Assembly: GCF_009914755.1 (NCBI RefSeq)
Contig: NC_060934.1
Length of the DNA: 64,000 nucleotides
DNA from: the human T2T-CHM13v2.0 reference genome, Homo sapiens
Strand: one strand, 5' to 3'
Shown here: positions 1 to 13,956 of the stretch, in pieces
Layout: each line of letters begins with the position of its first letter
Position numbering within the stretch: the first letter of the stretch is position 1
Translations under genes and position numbers: made by a program
The notes under the pieces: model-generated
Told to the model about the DNA's origin: nothing
The model's database searches: none
Seen by the model: only the letters and a program-made list of their open reading frames with translations

Positions 1-130
1 CATCATTTTCCAAGTTTTGTCCTTCACTGTGCTCTTTCATATTCTGAAACAAACACTTGACTCTAGAGCACTGGTTCTTTGTTTGGGGTCTGTGAGGTCA
101 AAATTATTTTTAAATAATCCTAAAAGGTTA

Positions 131-635
131 TGATGATGAAATTTTATGTGTCGACTTAACTAGGTTAAGGGCTGCCCAGATAGCTGGTGAAACATTATTT
201 CTGGGTGTTCCAGTGAGGGTGTTTCTGGAAGAGACTAGCATTTGCATCAGTAGACTGAGTAAAGAAGGTCTGCCATCGCCAATGTGGGTGGACATTCAAT
301 CCACTGAGGCCTCATGGAATAAAAAGGTGAAGGAAGGGTGAATTCTTTCTCTCTTCTTAAGCTGAGACATCTGTCTTCTCTGGCCCATGGACATCGGAAC
401 ACCTGGTCTCAGGTCTTCAGACTGTGGGGCTTACACGAGCAGCCCCCCTGGTTTGCAGGCCTTTTGACTTGGTCTGAATTATACCACTGGCTTTCCTGGT
501 TCTCCAGCTTGCAGACGGCATGTTATGGTACAACTTGGCTTTCATAATGGTGTGAGCCCATTCCTGTAATAAATCTTTTATATGTCTTTATATATCCTAT
601 TAGTTTTGTTCCTTTGGAGAACCCTGACTAATTCA
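131..635 (+). mobile_element. MLT2-family ERVL LTR nested in a Charlie-like hAT remnant (~69-825)
   Basis: ttttatgtgtcgactt...ggtgaaacattatttctgggtg start and ggagaaccctgactaat end are typical of MLT2. Confidence 0.75.
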
Positions 636-908
636 GAAATTATTTATGTTAACATGCATTGCATTCATCATTGCTGTTTTCACATGAATCAATCAATAAA
701 TGTTTTTAAAAATTCTGTTTTAATTTTTAATTGAAAAATATTGATAGTTATAATCCACGTAAACAAAATCTTTTTGGAATTCTCAATCAGTTTTAAGAGA
801 ACAAAAATTTTGATAACTACTACTTTAGGATGAAACTACAGATGACCCTTGAACAACACAGGATTTAGGGGCACTGTCCCCTCATTGCAGTCAAAAATAT
901 GAGTATCA

Positions 909-1183
909 GCTGGGCACGGTGGCTCACGCCTGTAATTCCAGCACTTTGGGAGGCCAAGGCGGGTGAATCACTTGAGGCCAGGAGCTTGAGACCAGCCTGG
1001 CCACCATGGTGAAACCCCGTCTCTACTAAAAAAATACAAAAATTAGCCAGGCGTGGTGGCGTGCGCCTGTAATCCCAGCTGCTTAGGAGGCTGAGGTGGG
1101 AGGATAGCTTTAACCCCATGAGGTGGAGGTTGCAGTGAGCCAAGATTGCGCCACTGCACTCCAGCCTGGGCGACAGAGGGAGA
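909..1183 (+). mobile_element. Alu lacking poly(A) tail
   Basis: Full dimer from gctgggcacggtggctcacg to gcgacagagggagac. Confidence 0.92.
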
Positions 1184-1379
1184 CGCCTCCCGGGCTCAAG
1201 CGATCTCTCGCCTCAGCCTCCTGAATAGCTGGGATTACAGGTGTACGCCACCACACCCAACTAATTTTTGCATTTTTTTTTTAGTAGAGACAGAGTTTCA
1301 CCATGTTGGTCAGGCTGGTCTCGAACTTCTGGCCTCAAGTGATTTGCCTGCCTCGGCCTCCCAAAGTGCTGGCCTGGCC
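1184..1379 (-). mobile_element. Partial Alu fused tail-to-tail to the previous one
   Basis: gcctcccgggctcaagcgat...cccaaagtgctggcctggcc. Confidence 0.9.
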
Positions 1380-4300
1380 GAGTATCACTTTTGACTCCCA
1401 AAACTTAACTACTAATGGCCTACTGTTGACTGGAAGCCTTACTGATAACCTAACAATCAAAACATGTTTTCTATGTTATGTTTATTATCTACTGTATTCT
1501 TACAATAAAGTAAGTGAGAGAAAAGAAAATGTTATTAAGAAAAACATAAGGAAGAGAAACTATATTAATATCCACTAAGTGGAAGTGGGTCACCATAAAA
1601 GTCTTCATCCTCATCATTTTCATGTTGAGTAGGCTGAGGAGGAGATGGGAGGAGTTGGTCTTGCTGTCTCAGGGGTGGCAAAGGCAGAAGAAAATTGTGT
1701 ATATATAAGTGAATCTGCATAGTTCAAACCTGTGTTGTTCAAGGGTTAAGTGTACTCAATTTTCTTGAAAAATAAAAGCATCTACACAATTGTATTATAT
1801 TTCTCTCTTACTATTTTTCCTAGTATTATCTTAACTGCTGGTAATGATTTTAAATTTTTAATCCAAGTAACTAATTTATATTTCACATTAAAACACTGGG
1901 ATTAAACATTGAGAACTGTCTGTTGTACACAAGAATTTTATCACACTTGGAAAACTCATGAGCACACGTAATATAAACTCCTATAGCCACAAACATTCCT
2001 TTTATACCTTCTTAAAGTGGCAAAACTGAACACTTTCATTAACATGTCCCAAAACCATAGCCTTTATATAACATATAAAGAAACAAATATATAAACTTAA
2101 TTGTGCTTAGTAATCAGTCTTCTTGGGTTCTGTTGTACTAAAAATTAATTAGATATCCAATTATTATTTATTAATTAACTTAATATCAAGGTTTTGTTAC
2201 CTAAAAATGTTGGAAATTATTTTCATACATGTTTAAATTAAAAGTTTGTCAGAATAATTTATTTGAGCGCGAGTTTACCTTTTCATCATCTTAAATATTA
2301 TGTAGGGTAATGTTAGCTTATGTGATCAGTAAACCTGTATGTGTTTAGGAAAAAAAATCTTAGCAGAATAAAATGATTAATCAGAGACAAGAAATAGCTA
2401 TTTTTAAAAACTGAAATTATCAAGGTTTGCCAAAATTGTATCTTATTTAGGTGACCTTGGGTTTTAAAAATGTTTTTGAGTTAGTTTCCATAAGAATTTT
2501 TCTTAAGTCTAACACATTTAACATATTAGAAGTTCAATTTCCTTGTTTTGGGGGAATTTTACAAATATTCTATTTATATAAGTACTTATTTGTATCAATA
2601 AGCCAGTCAGAACAGAGTTTCTTTCATTCAAGAGACTTTATAGTTTAAACTATTAATAGAGATAACTTGTTTTACATACTTAATGAAGAGGTAAAAGTCT
2701 TTCTGAATTACAGATGCAGAGCTTTGTAACTTTGTTTCTGTAACTTCACTCACAGGTCAAGAGATGTAAGAGTCACAGAGATAGAAAAACTCATTGGTCC
2801 AGATGTCAAAGACCTGTTCTTGGTGGACATGAAATTCTTAACTGGATTTGAGCTCAGAATAAACAGATATGTTAAAAAGACTAACAAACCAAAGTCTCTT
2901 TTATCTTTTACCCAAGTGATCTCTATCATCCGTCTATAAGGATCACCAAGTAAATGATCATAAAATCGAATTCTCAATCATTGCTGCCATTTAGGGATGA
3001 TAACTTACTGGCCATGCAGTAACTAGAAACCACACCAGAACATATAATTTGTAGAGAGGATGGGGGAAGCGGGGATGACCCAGAGAAACAGGCAGCAAAG
3101 TTAAGTATATATTGCTGCTTGGGTTTTACTTCTGGGAGCCAAGAAAAGATAATACCCAAGCTTGAGTAGCCCATGAGGTGCAATTATCTGATAAAGCAGT
3201 TTTCTTGGCTCTGTCAGGTGAATGCACTGGGCATTTTGGTAAAACTTCCAAAACTATTAAAAGATAATTTTCAAAAAGGTAAAATCATGACCCTCACACA
3301 AATGTAAAATGAATATGTGCCAAAGATTGTATTTAACTTATTAAGAGGGAATCAGTATGATGTTACAACTGTTTCAAAGGCAATGGCAAAAAACAATATA
3401 GGATTTGGGAATGCTGAGATGGATATATAAATGGATACACAACTGGTCAGTATCCACAGGGCAGTAATCAATTGTATTCCACTGACAAAAATATATCTGC
3501 ATTTTTTTGGACAAGAGTCATTTGCATTAGTATCAGCTTTCTACAATTTATAAAGTTGTAAAATAGCCAAAAGACAGTGAAAGGCACAGATAACCCCAAA
3601 ATATGCTAGATAGGACATTCAGTAATCTTTTTTGTCCATTTCAGTTTTTTAAAATTGCCATTAGAAACATTTTTTTCATTTGTCTTTTTACTGTAGTTAT
3701 ACTTTTATTTTTTGCTGTGCAAAAGTTTTTTATTTTATGAAATAAAATTTATCAGTCTTTCCCTTTTTAGCTTGTGAATTTTGAGTCATAGGAAAGTTTT
3801 CCAGATTCCGGAGTTATAGGGGAGTCCACCCATGTTTTCTTTTGGTACTTGTATGGTGTTTTTTAATGTTGCATCTGATTCTGTTTGCATTTTCCTGGGG
3901 TGTGGCATGAGGAGTGGCTCTTTATCTTTTTTCACGTGGCAACCCAGCTATCCTAGTACCTCTTATTAAAATGTAGGTCTTTTTCATGTTGATTTGAGAT
4001 GGTGCCATTATCATGTACTGAATTTTTATACGCAGTGATACTGTATGTGGGTTTCTTGGTTCTGTTCATTGTCTATATGTCTATTCATGTGCTATGCAGC
4101 ACTTTTAATTTTGGAAGCTTCGTTGTTTTAATATCTGGTAGGGCTACCTGCATCTCATCGCTTATCTTTTTCGGGGATTTCCTGGTGACTCTTCCTTATT
4201 TCTCTAAACAAACAATAAATTTCTCTAGTTCTAGAACACTCAAAGTATTTGATTGGGATTGAGCTATAATTATAAATTAATTAGGGAGAACAGGCATGTT

Positions 4301-4471
4301 GATGATATTGAGTCTTCCTATCCAAGAACATGTTATGTCTTTCAAGAGAGTTAAACTTTTCCATAAATAAATTTTAGAATTCCTTAAGATTATGTGTAGG
4401 TGTTTTTTCTCACTATTTTAATTGGGCCCTCCCTTCCTTCCTCCCTCCCTTCTTTCCTCCCTCCCTCCCTC

Positions 4472-4956
4472 TTTTTTTTTTTTTTTTTGAGACAGGTTCT
4501 TGCTAGAGACCAGGCTGGAGGGCAGTGGCATGATCATGACTCACCTTGTAGCCTCAACCTCCTGGGTTCAAGTGATTCTCCCACCTCAGCCTTCCGAGTA
4601 CCTGGGACTAAAACCTTTAGTATTTTCTCATTAGGAGAGCTCTGGCTTTTGTGCTGAGGGATTTATATTTTATCATGTTAAGGAAACATTCATCAATACC
4701 CACTTTATTTAGTGTTTTTAACAAGAAAGTTTGTTGAATTTTGTCAGATGTTTTTCAGCATCTATGAAGATGGTCATACGATTGTTTTGCTCCATCAGTG
4801 TGATTGAAATTAGTGCTTGGCTAATTTTTAAAATTTTTTGTAGAGATGAGGTCTTACCCTGTTGCCTAGGCTGGTGTCAAACTCCTGGGCTTAAGTAATC
4901 CTCCCTCCTTGGCCTTCCAGAGTGCTGGATTACAGGCATGAGCCACCATGGCAGGC
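4472..4956 (-). mobile_element. AluJ-like element split by a ~200-bp insertion (4611-4808)
   Basis: Alu stops at cctgggacta (4610) and resumes at tgcttggctaattttt (~4814). Confidence 0.85.
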
Positions 4957-4982
4957 CCTTTCTTTTAAAAAAAAAAAAAAAA

Positions 4983-5268
4983 TGAGACAGGGTCGCACTC
5001 TGTTGTCCAGGCTGGAGTGCAGTAGCATGATCACCGCTAGCTGTAACCTCAAATTCCTGGGCTTAAGGGATCCTCTCATTTCAGCCTCCTGAGTAGCTAG
5101 GACTATAGGCACATGCCACCATAACTGACTAATTTTTATTTTTCCTTGTAGAGGCAGGGTCTCACTATGTTGCTCAGGCTGGTCTCAAACTCCTCACCTC
5201 AAGTGATCCTCCTTACTTGGCCTCCTAAAGTATTGGGATTGTAGATGTGAGCCACCGTGCCTAGACAG
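4983..5268 (-). mobile_element. AluJ-like
   Basis: Alu consensus, reverse complement. Confidence 0.9.
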
Positions 5269-5606
5269 GGGCCTTACATTGTCATTTAATTGGTTTTTGC
5301 TCATATATAAATGAATGCTGGTGATCTTTGTATGCTAATTTTTAAACTGTTTATTAAGTTTTCTTATTGTTTATAAATTTTCACCACTGATTCTGTTGGG
5401 TTTTTCAGTTACGTAATCATATAGTCTGTATTTAGAAATAATTTTACTTCCTTTTCACTTCTTAAACCTTAGATTGCTTTCTCTAGTCTAACTTAACAAT
5501 CCAATAATTGCAATACAGTGGTTGAGACAGGGGGCATCTTTTTTTCCTGACTTTAGCAGGGGAAACCTTTAGTATTTCTTCATTAGGATAGCTCTGGCTT
5601 GTGGGC

Positions 5607-5923
<317 letters not shown>

Positions 5924-6370
5924 TGAACTGAGGTATTTATATTTTATCATGTTAAGGAAGTATTCACCAATACTGCTTTTATTAGCAAGAAAGGCTGTTG
6001 AATTTTGTCAGATGTTTCTTCTGCATCTATGGAGATGGTCATAGGATTTTTTCTTATTTGCTCCGTCAGTATGATTGAATTTATTAATGGATTTCCTATT
6101 ATTGAAATAGTCCTGCTTCTTAGAATAAACCCCATTTGGTCATGACAATTTGCTCTTTCAGTGTGTTTTTGAATTCTGTTGGCTAGTATGCTTTTAAAGA
6201 TTTTTTCTTTGATATTTATAAGTGAGATTACTTTGTAGTTTGCACTTTGGTGCACTTTGCACATTGGTACAGACTTTTTCCGATCTTTGGATCAATGTTA
6301 CACTCATTTCATTAAACAAAATTGGAAGTTTTTCTTTTTTTGGCATTATATAATTAGTGTAGGTGTTATC

Positions 6371-6664
6371 TTTTTTTTTTTTTTGAGATGGAGTCTCGCT
6401 CTGTCACCAGGCTGGAGTGCAGTGATGCGATCTTGGCTCACTGCATCCTCTGACTGCCTGGTTCAAAGCGATTCTCCTGCCTCAGCCTCCTGAGTAGCTG
6501 GGATTACAGGCATGCGCCACCACGCCCAGCTAATTTTTGTATTTGTAGTAGAGATGGGGTTTCACCATGTTGGCCAGAATGGTCTCGATCTGCTGACCTC
6601 GTGATCCAACCACCTTGGCCTCCCAAAGTGCTAGGATTACAGGTGTGAGCCACCATGCCCAGCT
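6371..6664 (-). mobile_element. Alu (AluSc-like)
   Basis: Full dimer; tgttatct flanks. Confidence 0.9.
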
Positions 6665-6888
6665 GATGTTATCTATTTTTAAAAGTTTCTCAGAATTACC
6701 CCTGTGAAAATCAATGGATCTGGTGCTTTTGGTAGAGGAGTCTTTTAACTCTTTTCTCTGTTTCTTTTGTGATAATTGGTCTGTTTTAGACTTTCTCTCT
6801 TGAGGGTCAATAAATTGTGTTCTTTTGAAAAATTATCATTTCTTCAAGTTTATCAAATTTATTTGAGTAGACTTGTGTAATGTTACTA

Positions 6889-7490
<602 letters not shown>

Positions 7491-9422
7491 ATAATTTCTT
7501 CTCTTTCAATGGTTATATCCCACTTGTCAGTCCTAATTTTAGTATTTTTTGTATTTAAATTTAAATTTTGTGTATTTGTAATTTCAGTCATTGTTTTCCC
7601 CTTTTGTTTGGTTAACTAGTGGTTTGCCTGTTTTGTTGATTTTTTTAAAAAACCTGTTTAGTAGTTCCATACATTTTCTGTTTTCTAACTCATTCCTTTC
7701 TGCTTTTATTTTTAATGATTCTTTCCATTTCTTTTATTCTTTTCCTAGCTTTTTGCATTTTGTACGTAATTCATTTATTGACGTTATTATTTAATGCTGT
7801 TCTTCTTCACTGATGATTGCTGTAGGTGTATTCTACATGTTCTGATATATCTTCCTTATTGCTCTTTTAAAGCAATTCTGCTGTATTTATTTCCCCTTTG
7901 ATCCAAAAGTTTTTTTATATTATGTGTTTTTTATAACTTTCCAAGTATGGAGAGTCTTTTTTATTTGTTAAATTTTGCTACTAATTTCTACTTTTATTAC
8001 ATTATAGTTAGATCAATCTGTTTTTATTCTATTCTTTCAAATTAATTGAGGTTTTATTAGTGGCTTAATATATGGTTAGTTTTCATGAGTATTCTATGTG
8101 GTCTTCAAAGTGTATGGTTTTTTATTAGGCTTCACAGTTTTATACACATACATGCCTTATTAATTAAGTTCATTATATCTTCTAAAGCCTCATGTTATTT
8201 TTCACCTGATCATTCTTGGATTGAGAGAGATATGTTAAAGTCCCCTTTTATTAACTTGTTTCTCTTTTTTGTTGCATCTCCTTTAGTTTCTGTTCGATGA
8301 GATTGGTTTTGAATTTTTGGGTATATAAATATTAATGTTACATCTTTATTTTGAAAAATAAAGATATTTATAGACTTTATAGTCTTTAGCATTGTAAATC
8401 ATAAGTGAATTATAAATGCACAAATAAGTGTAAAGCTCAATTAATTTTATGTTTTGTTTTCTATGATTGAGTAGTATTCTTTTTGTTTTGCTGTGAAGTC
8501 AGCCCTTCAGTGAATTTCTTCTTAACTGTAGATTAAGATTCCTGTAAAAGACTTGGGTTGAGTATATAGTTCATCTCTTAAGCTATTACGCAAAGTGCAC
8601 ATTAGATCTGCTGTAGTCAGTCTGATATTTTTGTTTAATTTTCTGAAGTTTTCTGGGAAAGCAGTCTATATTTGCATTCATTAATCTACTTGTTTAAACT
8701 TTTTGAATTAAAATTTATTTTCGCAATTCATTTTATCCTAGAGGACAAATACAATTAAATATAGTGGGTGTTTTCATCTCTCATTTTTTGCATTTTACCA
8801 AATGCCCAAAAGTCAACAGGAAGAGATACCTCTTTGGTCAGGAATGTAAAAACAGGAAGGAGGAAGTCTATTGCAAATCTGTGCTGGCTGATTATGAATT
8901 CAGGTTTCACCATGGAGGATGTTCATTAATGATCATCAGTGTGCTGTGCTGTTATTCAAAATTACAGTGAGTATTAATGTCAGTAATACAGAATGTCAAC
9001 ACTAGTTATAGGAGGCAATGTTAACTAACACACGACACTAGACTTTTTTCTGTGCGTGGAAACAGGATACTATTTGTGAGAACAAGTCAAGTAAAATTCA
9101 ACATCAGAAATATACAGAAAATCGTTCTTCATTTTTATGCTTTTGCTTGCTCTTGATGCTTTGAAGGGTCATATAATCCTTTAAGATATGAATGTATCTT
9201 TTAAGAAACATATTAAAGTATATCAATTCTGTCATTACAAATTCTTTGACAGAATCTCTTCAAATAAATTAGAGGAAGCATCTGGGCATTATTTTATAAA
9301 GCATTTTACGAGCACATATAGCAAACTAGATGAAATATTTCATGGAAAAACACATAGAACGTGAGTTTTATGTAAACAAGAAATATTTTTCAGTATTCCG
9401 TGGTGAAAGAAATTGGATTCTG

Positions 9423-9740
<318 letters not shown>

Positions 9741-12700
9741 GAAATTTGGATTCTATGTATATACATTTTTTTCCTCTTTAGTTGCTAGAAACTCTCAGTT
9801 ACTCTGTAGCTACAGGCTATAGCATTGGTTTGAATACCAAGCAGCAGTATTTTAGGATACTTACCTTAACTTCAGTTTTTTACTTAGCAGTACAATATTG
9901 TTGGTGTTGTGAAAAAACTAAAAGTGTGTAAAATTTATATGGCATATCATCATCATCATCAGCCTGGTGACCTCTTTGACATGCTGTTTTCATCAGGAGT
10001 CTAGTAACGTAAACCATGTCTTGACCCTTATTTCTGGATTATTATGTGGTAGGGCTTCCCATTCTTTATATTGTGACACAAACAGAAAATTAGATTGAGA
10101 GCTAAGATGATCAATATTGTGGTATTCCCATAACTTATTCATTTGGGAAGATATGCTCTAATGTGCTAGTCAGATGAAGGTGTCTGTAAACCTTTTTTAA
10201 TTGTAAGAAATGTGTGTGTGTGTGTGCACCCCCACACATGCACACCCATGTGAGCATCTTTGTCCAGGATTTAAAAAAAATTTGTAGTTGTGGGTAATCA
10301 AACCAACTTGAGTTAGCTTAAGAAAAAATGAAAAAATAAATGGTGAAAGTTACTGAGGTATTTTATAAAAATCTTAGGGCAGCCAAACTTTTTGAAAGAC
10401 TGGAACAAAGAAGTGGACAACCATCTTTCTTTCTATTTCTCCTTGATGACTTTGTCTTCATCCTTTTGTGAAGTCTGACTTTCTCTGCTTCTCTCTGTAC
10501 TTGGTGGAGGATGACCACCTATAGCTTTTATATGTTAGGCACATACCTGACTATCTGAATTCCAGTTAATTTAAAATTCCTGAGAGTGTATCAGATTGTA
10601 CACCCCTGTTGCAGTGTACTTTGAAAGAGGCTATGCAGCTTGTCCAACCTTGTCAATGGGTAGCAGTTCTCAGAGGGAAGGTAGGTATTATAGCTGTGTT
10701 TGTGCACTTTCCTAGGGAGAACTATAACTTTGATTATAGTTAGAGAGGAGAGTCATGCTATCCCCAGGCACAGCCTAAATAAAGATTAAGAATCACTGTA
10801 TGGGAATTACAGTGAAATTCCCAGTAACAACAGATATCTTTCATATCAGTTAAACTGTTTGAATTATGCACAATGCCATGTTCTTTCCTGTCTGTCTTTA
10901 CCCGTAATTGAATACCCTCCTCCTCCTTTCTCTACCAATTCAAATATTACCTATTATTGAATTCTCCTATTTCCTCCACGAAATTTTTCCATCTTAGAAT
11001 ACTGCATTCTACATGGATACACACACACATATATTTTATATGTCTGGATTCTTATAGCATGGACTTTGAAAATGCTACACAGCATTATTTTGTTGTTTGT
11101 AAATGTATGTCTTTGTGTATGAATAAGTATGTTTTGAATATAGCCCTAATTAGATTGCCCCTGAGACCTGTGATTTCATACATATCTCATGAATTCCTAC
11201 TGTGTTACATAACAGAATGCCATGAGTACAACAGACTTAGTAAATCATTTTGGACTGAATTAATGAAAAACACAAACTTTCTTTATAGAAAAACTTAAAA
11301 AATATAGAAGAATAGAGAGCAGAAAAAAATCACTTTTATTCCCACTAAAGGATAATCATTGTTGACATTAATTTGAGTTTTTCTATGTAAAGTGGACATG
11401 TACTAAATATTGAATATTTATTGAGCAAAGTTATGTTATTCAACATATTAAATGATTACTATTAAATAGTTTTTAAGTGAAGCAGTGACTATAATATATA
11501 GAAATTTTCATCCCTTTTTTATCAAAATAAAAATACAATTTTTTGATTATAAAAATAGTAAATATTCATTAAAAAAATTTCAGAACACATGTATATATAA
11601 AAATCACTTAAAACCCTTATAACCAAAAGTACTCCATATTTGGTGTGTGTATTTCTGAGTTTGTCCTGTGAGTATATCTGTATTTGTGTGTTCATCTTTT
11701 TGAATTTAATATTGACAATGCCTATTATAATGTTATAAGTACTCTGTAAGGTAATTCTTTATGGTTGATTAATATTTTAAAGTACATATATCTTAGCTTA
11801 TTTAATTATTTCCTTATGTTGCACATTTAAGTGGTTCTCATTTTGTGTGAAATTTTATGAAAAATAATATTAAATCTAAAATAATTTCTTAGTCAAGATC
11901 TTCATTCCTGGAGATAAAAGTAATCATGTAGGTAATTATAATAGCTAACATCTATTGAACATTGCCAATGTTTTAAACACTTAAATGCATTATTTAATCT
12001 TAACAAGAAGCAAAGAAGGTACCATTGTTATACCCATTTGCAGCTGAGGAAATTGAGGTAGGGATAGATAGATTAGGTCATTTGCCCCCTGCACTCAGTA
12101 ATTGGTAGAGGTAGATGTGGATGCAGGCCAGTTGACTCCAGAGCCTACACTTTTAATCACTGTGCTTTGCCTTTTAACCTGGAGTATCAGATAATGAAAG
12201 CTGCAGTGTCAAAAGATTATTAAATTTTAACCTAAAAAAAGAGAGGGTTTAAAGAATGTGATCAGAATTGCACTCAGGAAGGGAGGGTCCTGTATGTCCA
12301 ACCTGTGCTAGGGCAGAGGAGGCTCAGATCTTGGAAAGAACTTACAGTAAAGTGATGTAGGTTCCTTCTTCCTCTGCAGTTCCCAGACAGGCATCCAGTA
12401 GCTTAAGTGAGACCAATCTCCAGTTCATTTTCCTTAGGAGATAGGGGCTGTAAGAAAAATCACTGACACTTTTACCCTATGCATGCCCCTTTTCATTTCT
12501 CAACGATGGAAAAAAACAAAACAATGCAATCCTTTCCTACTTTCCCTTTTCATTCATATCCTCATTCATTCATTCCGGAGGTAAAAAAGAACTTAAATCA
12601 AGTTTGCTTTTAGGGCTCTCTTACTAGAAGGGATGGTTCTTTTTAGTTTAATAGAGCAAGGCTAATAGAATCTGCATAATGATTTTTTGTTTTTTGTTTT

Positions 12701-13515
12701 TGTCATCCCTGAACGGGAAGGCAGGAAACTTACCCTTTGTGGTTTGTAAGGGAGTGTATGTATTGATGTTTTGGTATTGCCCACTTCTTTGTGCAGGAGC
12801 TTAATTTCAAGAGAATTAATTACTACAGGCATTGCCATAATAATCAGACAGATACTGTGGAAATCAGCAATGAATGTATTACTGACATTGAACATAAATA
12901 ATATCAGCAACTGAAAGACGATTTGTGCAGTCATCTCCTTTTATCTTTTTTTTTTCCTGTAATATCCTTCAGCATTCCTTATGAGTCTAAGATTTGGATT
13001 GTCTACCTGGCTCTGGCCTTTTAGAAGCCACATGGTGTTGAATAAATCCCTTAACTTCTTTGAGCCTCATTTTCCTCATCTGTGAGATAGATATAAAACC
13101 AGTTGTCCTTTATACTTCTCCAGGTTCTTGATACCAAATGCAGTGATGTATGCAAAATTGCTTTGTGGATTGCAAAGCACTAATACAGATGGAAAAAGAT
13201 GATTTTTATTTTTTGTTTTGTTATTTATATTCTGCTTTTGAGTGGGAATTGCCTTTTTCAACTTCATGTTTTCTTTCTGATTCTTCTGCAAAGCTGAGAA
13301 ATGACCAATAGAAGTGGACTGTGTAGTCAGGGTCAGTGATGGGAGTTGGGATCAGCCTTATATCACTAACTGTGTTTTTGTTTTCCTCCATACTACTTCT
13401 GGATATACTTATATGGCAAAATTCTTTGTCTTTTGAAAAACATTTAACAAATTAAATATATATGTATATTACATATTTAGTTTTAAAAATATATTTTTGT
13501 CATTAGGAAAAGGAT

Positions 13516-13956
13516 ATGTCTTTAGGTAAAAATAGTACAAACCTCATGTTGCATAGATAATGCAGATAGTTCCAGTTATCTGGTCATTGGGCAAAAAGCA
13601 AGCACTTAAGGTCTTCAGCTCCAACCTTTTGTTCCATTTCCTATTGCTGGAATTTTCTATTCATTTCTTCTTGTTGGATAATTAAACTGGATGATGGTAG
13701 AGATGGTAAACCGGCATTTATTCATCCTTGCCCTGCTCAGCCTTGGGAGTGGGTGTATTCTGGCTGGTAGATTGACTGCTTTTATTTGTTTGCCATGTTA
13801 TGGTTTAGGTTTTTCTGAGCATCTGCATCAGTAATTGAAGTTGCTACAGTACTGATGGTGAGGTGACTGCTGATCTTGAGTCTCAGCTACTTGATTTTCC
13901 TTATCCTCTTCATTGTAGTTCTTTCTAGGTCGTCTTTGGCGAGAAAGGTCCCTGTG
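13516..13956 (-). pseudogene. YBX1 processed pseudogene, inverted 5' segment (C-terminal CDS plus proximal 3'UTR)
   Basis: Minus strand translates [46 protein letters not shown]...AEQGKDE*, against recalled YBX1 [47 protein letters not shown]...AEQGGAE*. It is followed by YBX1-like UTR atgccggtttaccatctctaccatcatcc. Confidence 0.9.

Larger units (their letters stand above)
839..1752. mobile_element. Tigger2a-like DNA transposon containing the inverted Alu pair
   Basis: TIRs CAGATGACCCTTGAACAACACAGG / CCTGTGTTGTTCAAGGGTTAAGTG, flanked by TA (837-838, 1753-1754). Confidence 0.85.

Noticed and set aside
1900-3640. AT-rich stretch resembling degraded ERV internal sequence
   Set aside because: I could not identify LTRs, a primer-binding site or protein motifs.
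8820-8967. Possible cryptic exon (caacag|G...ACA|gtgagt)
   Set aside because: The acceptor tract is poor, the 148-nt length breaks frame, and there is no recognisable homology. It cannot be supported without RNA data.
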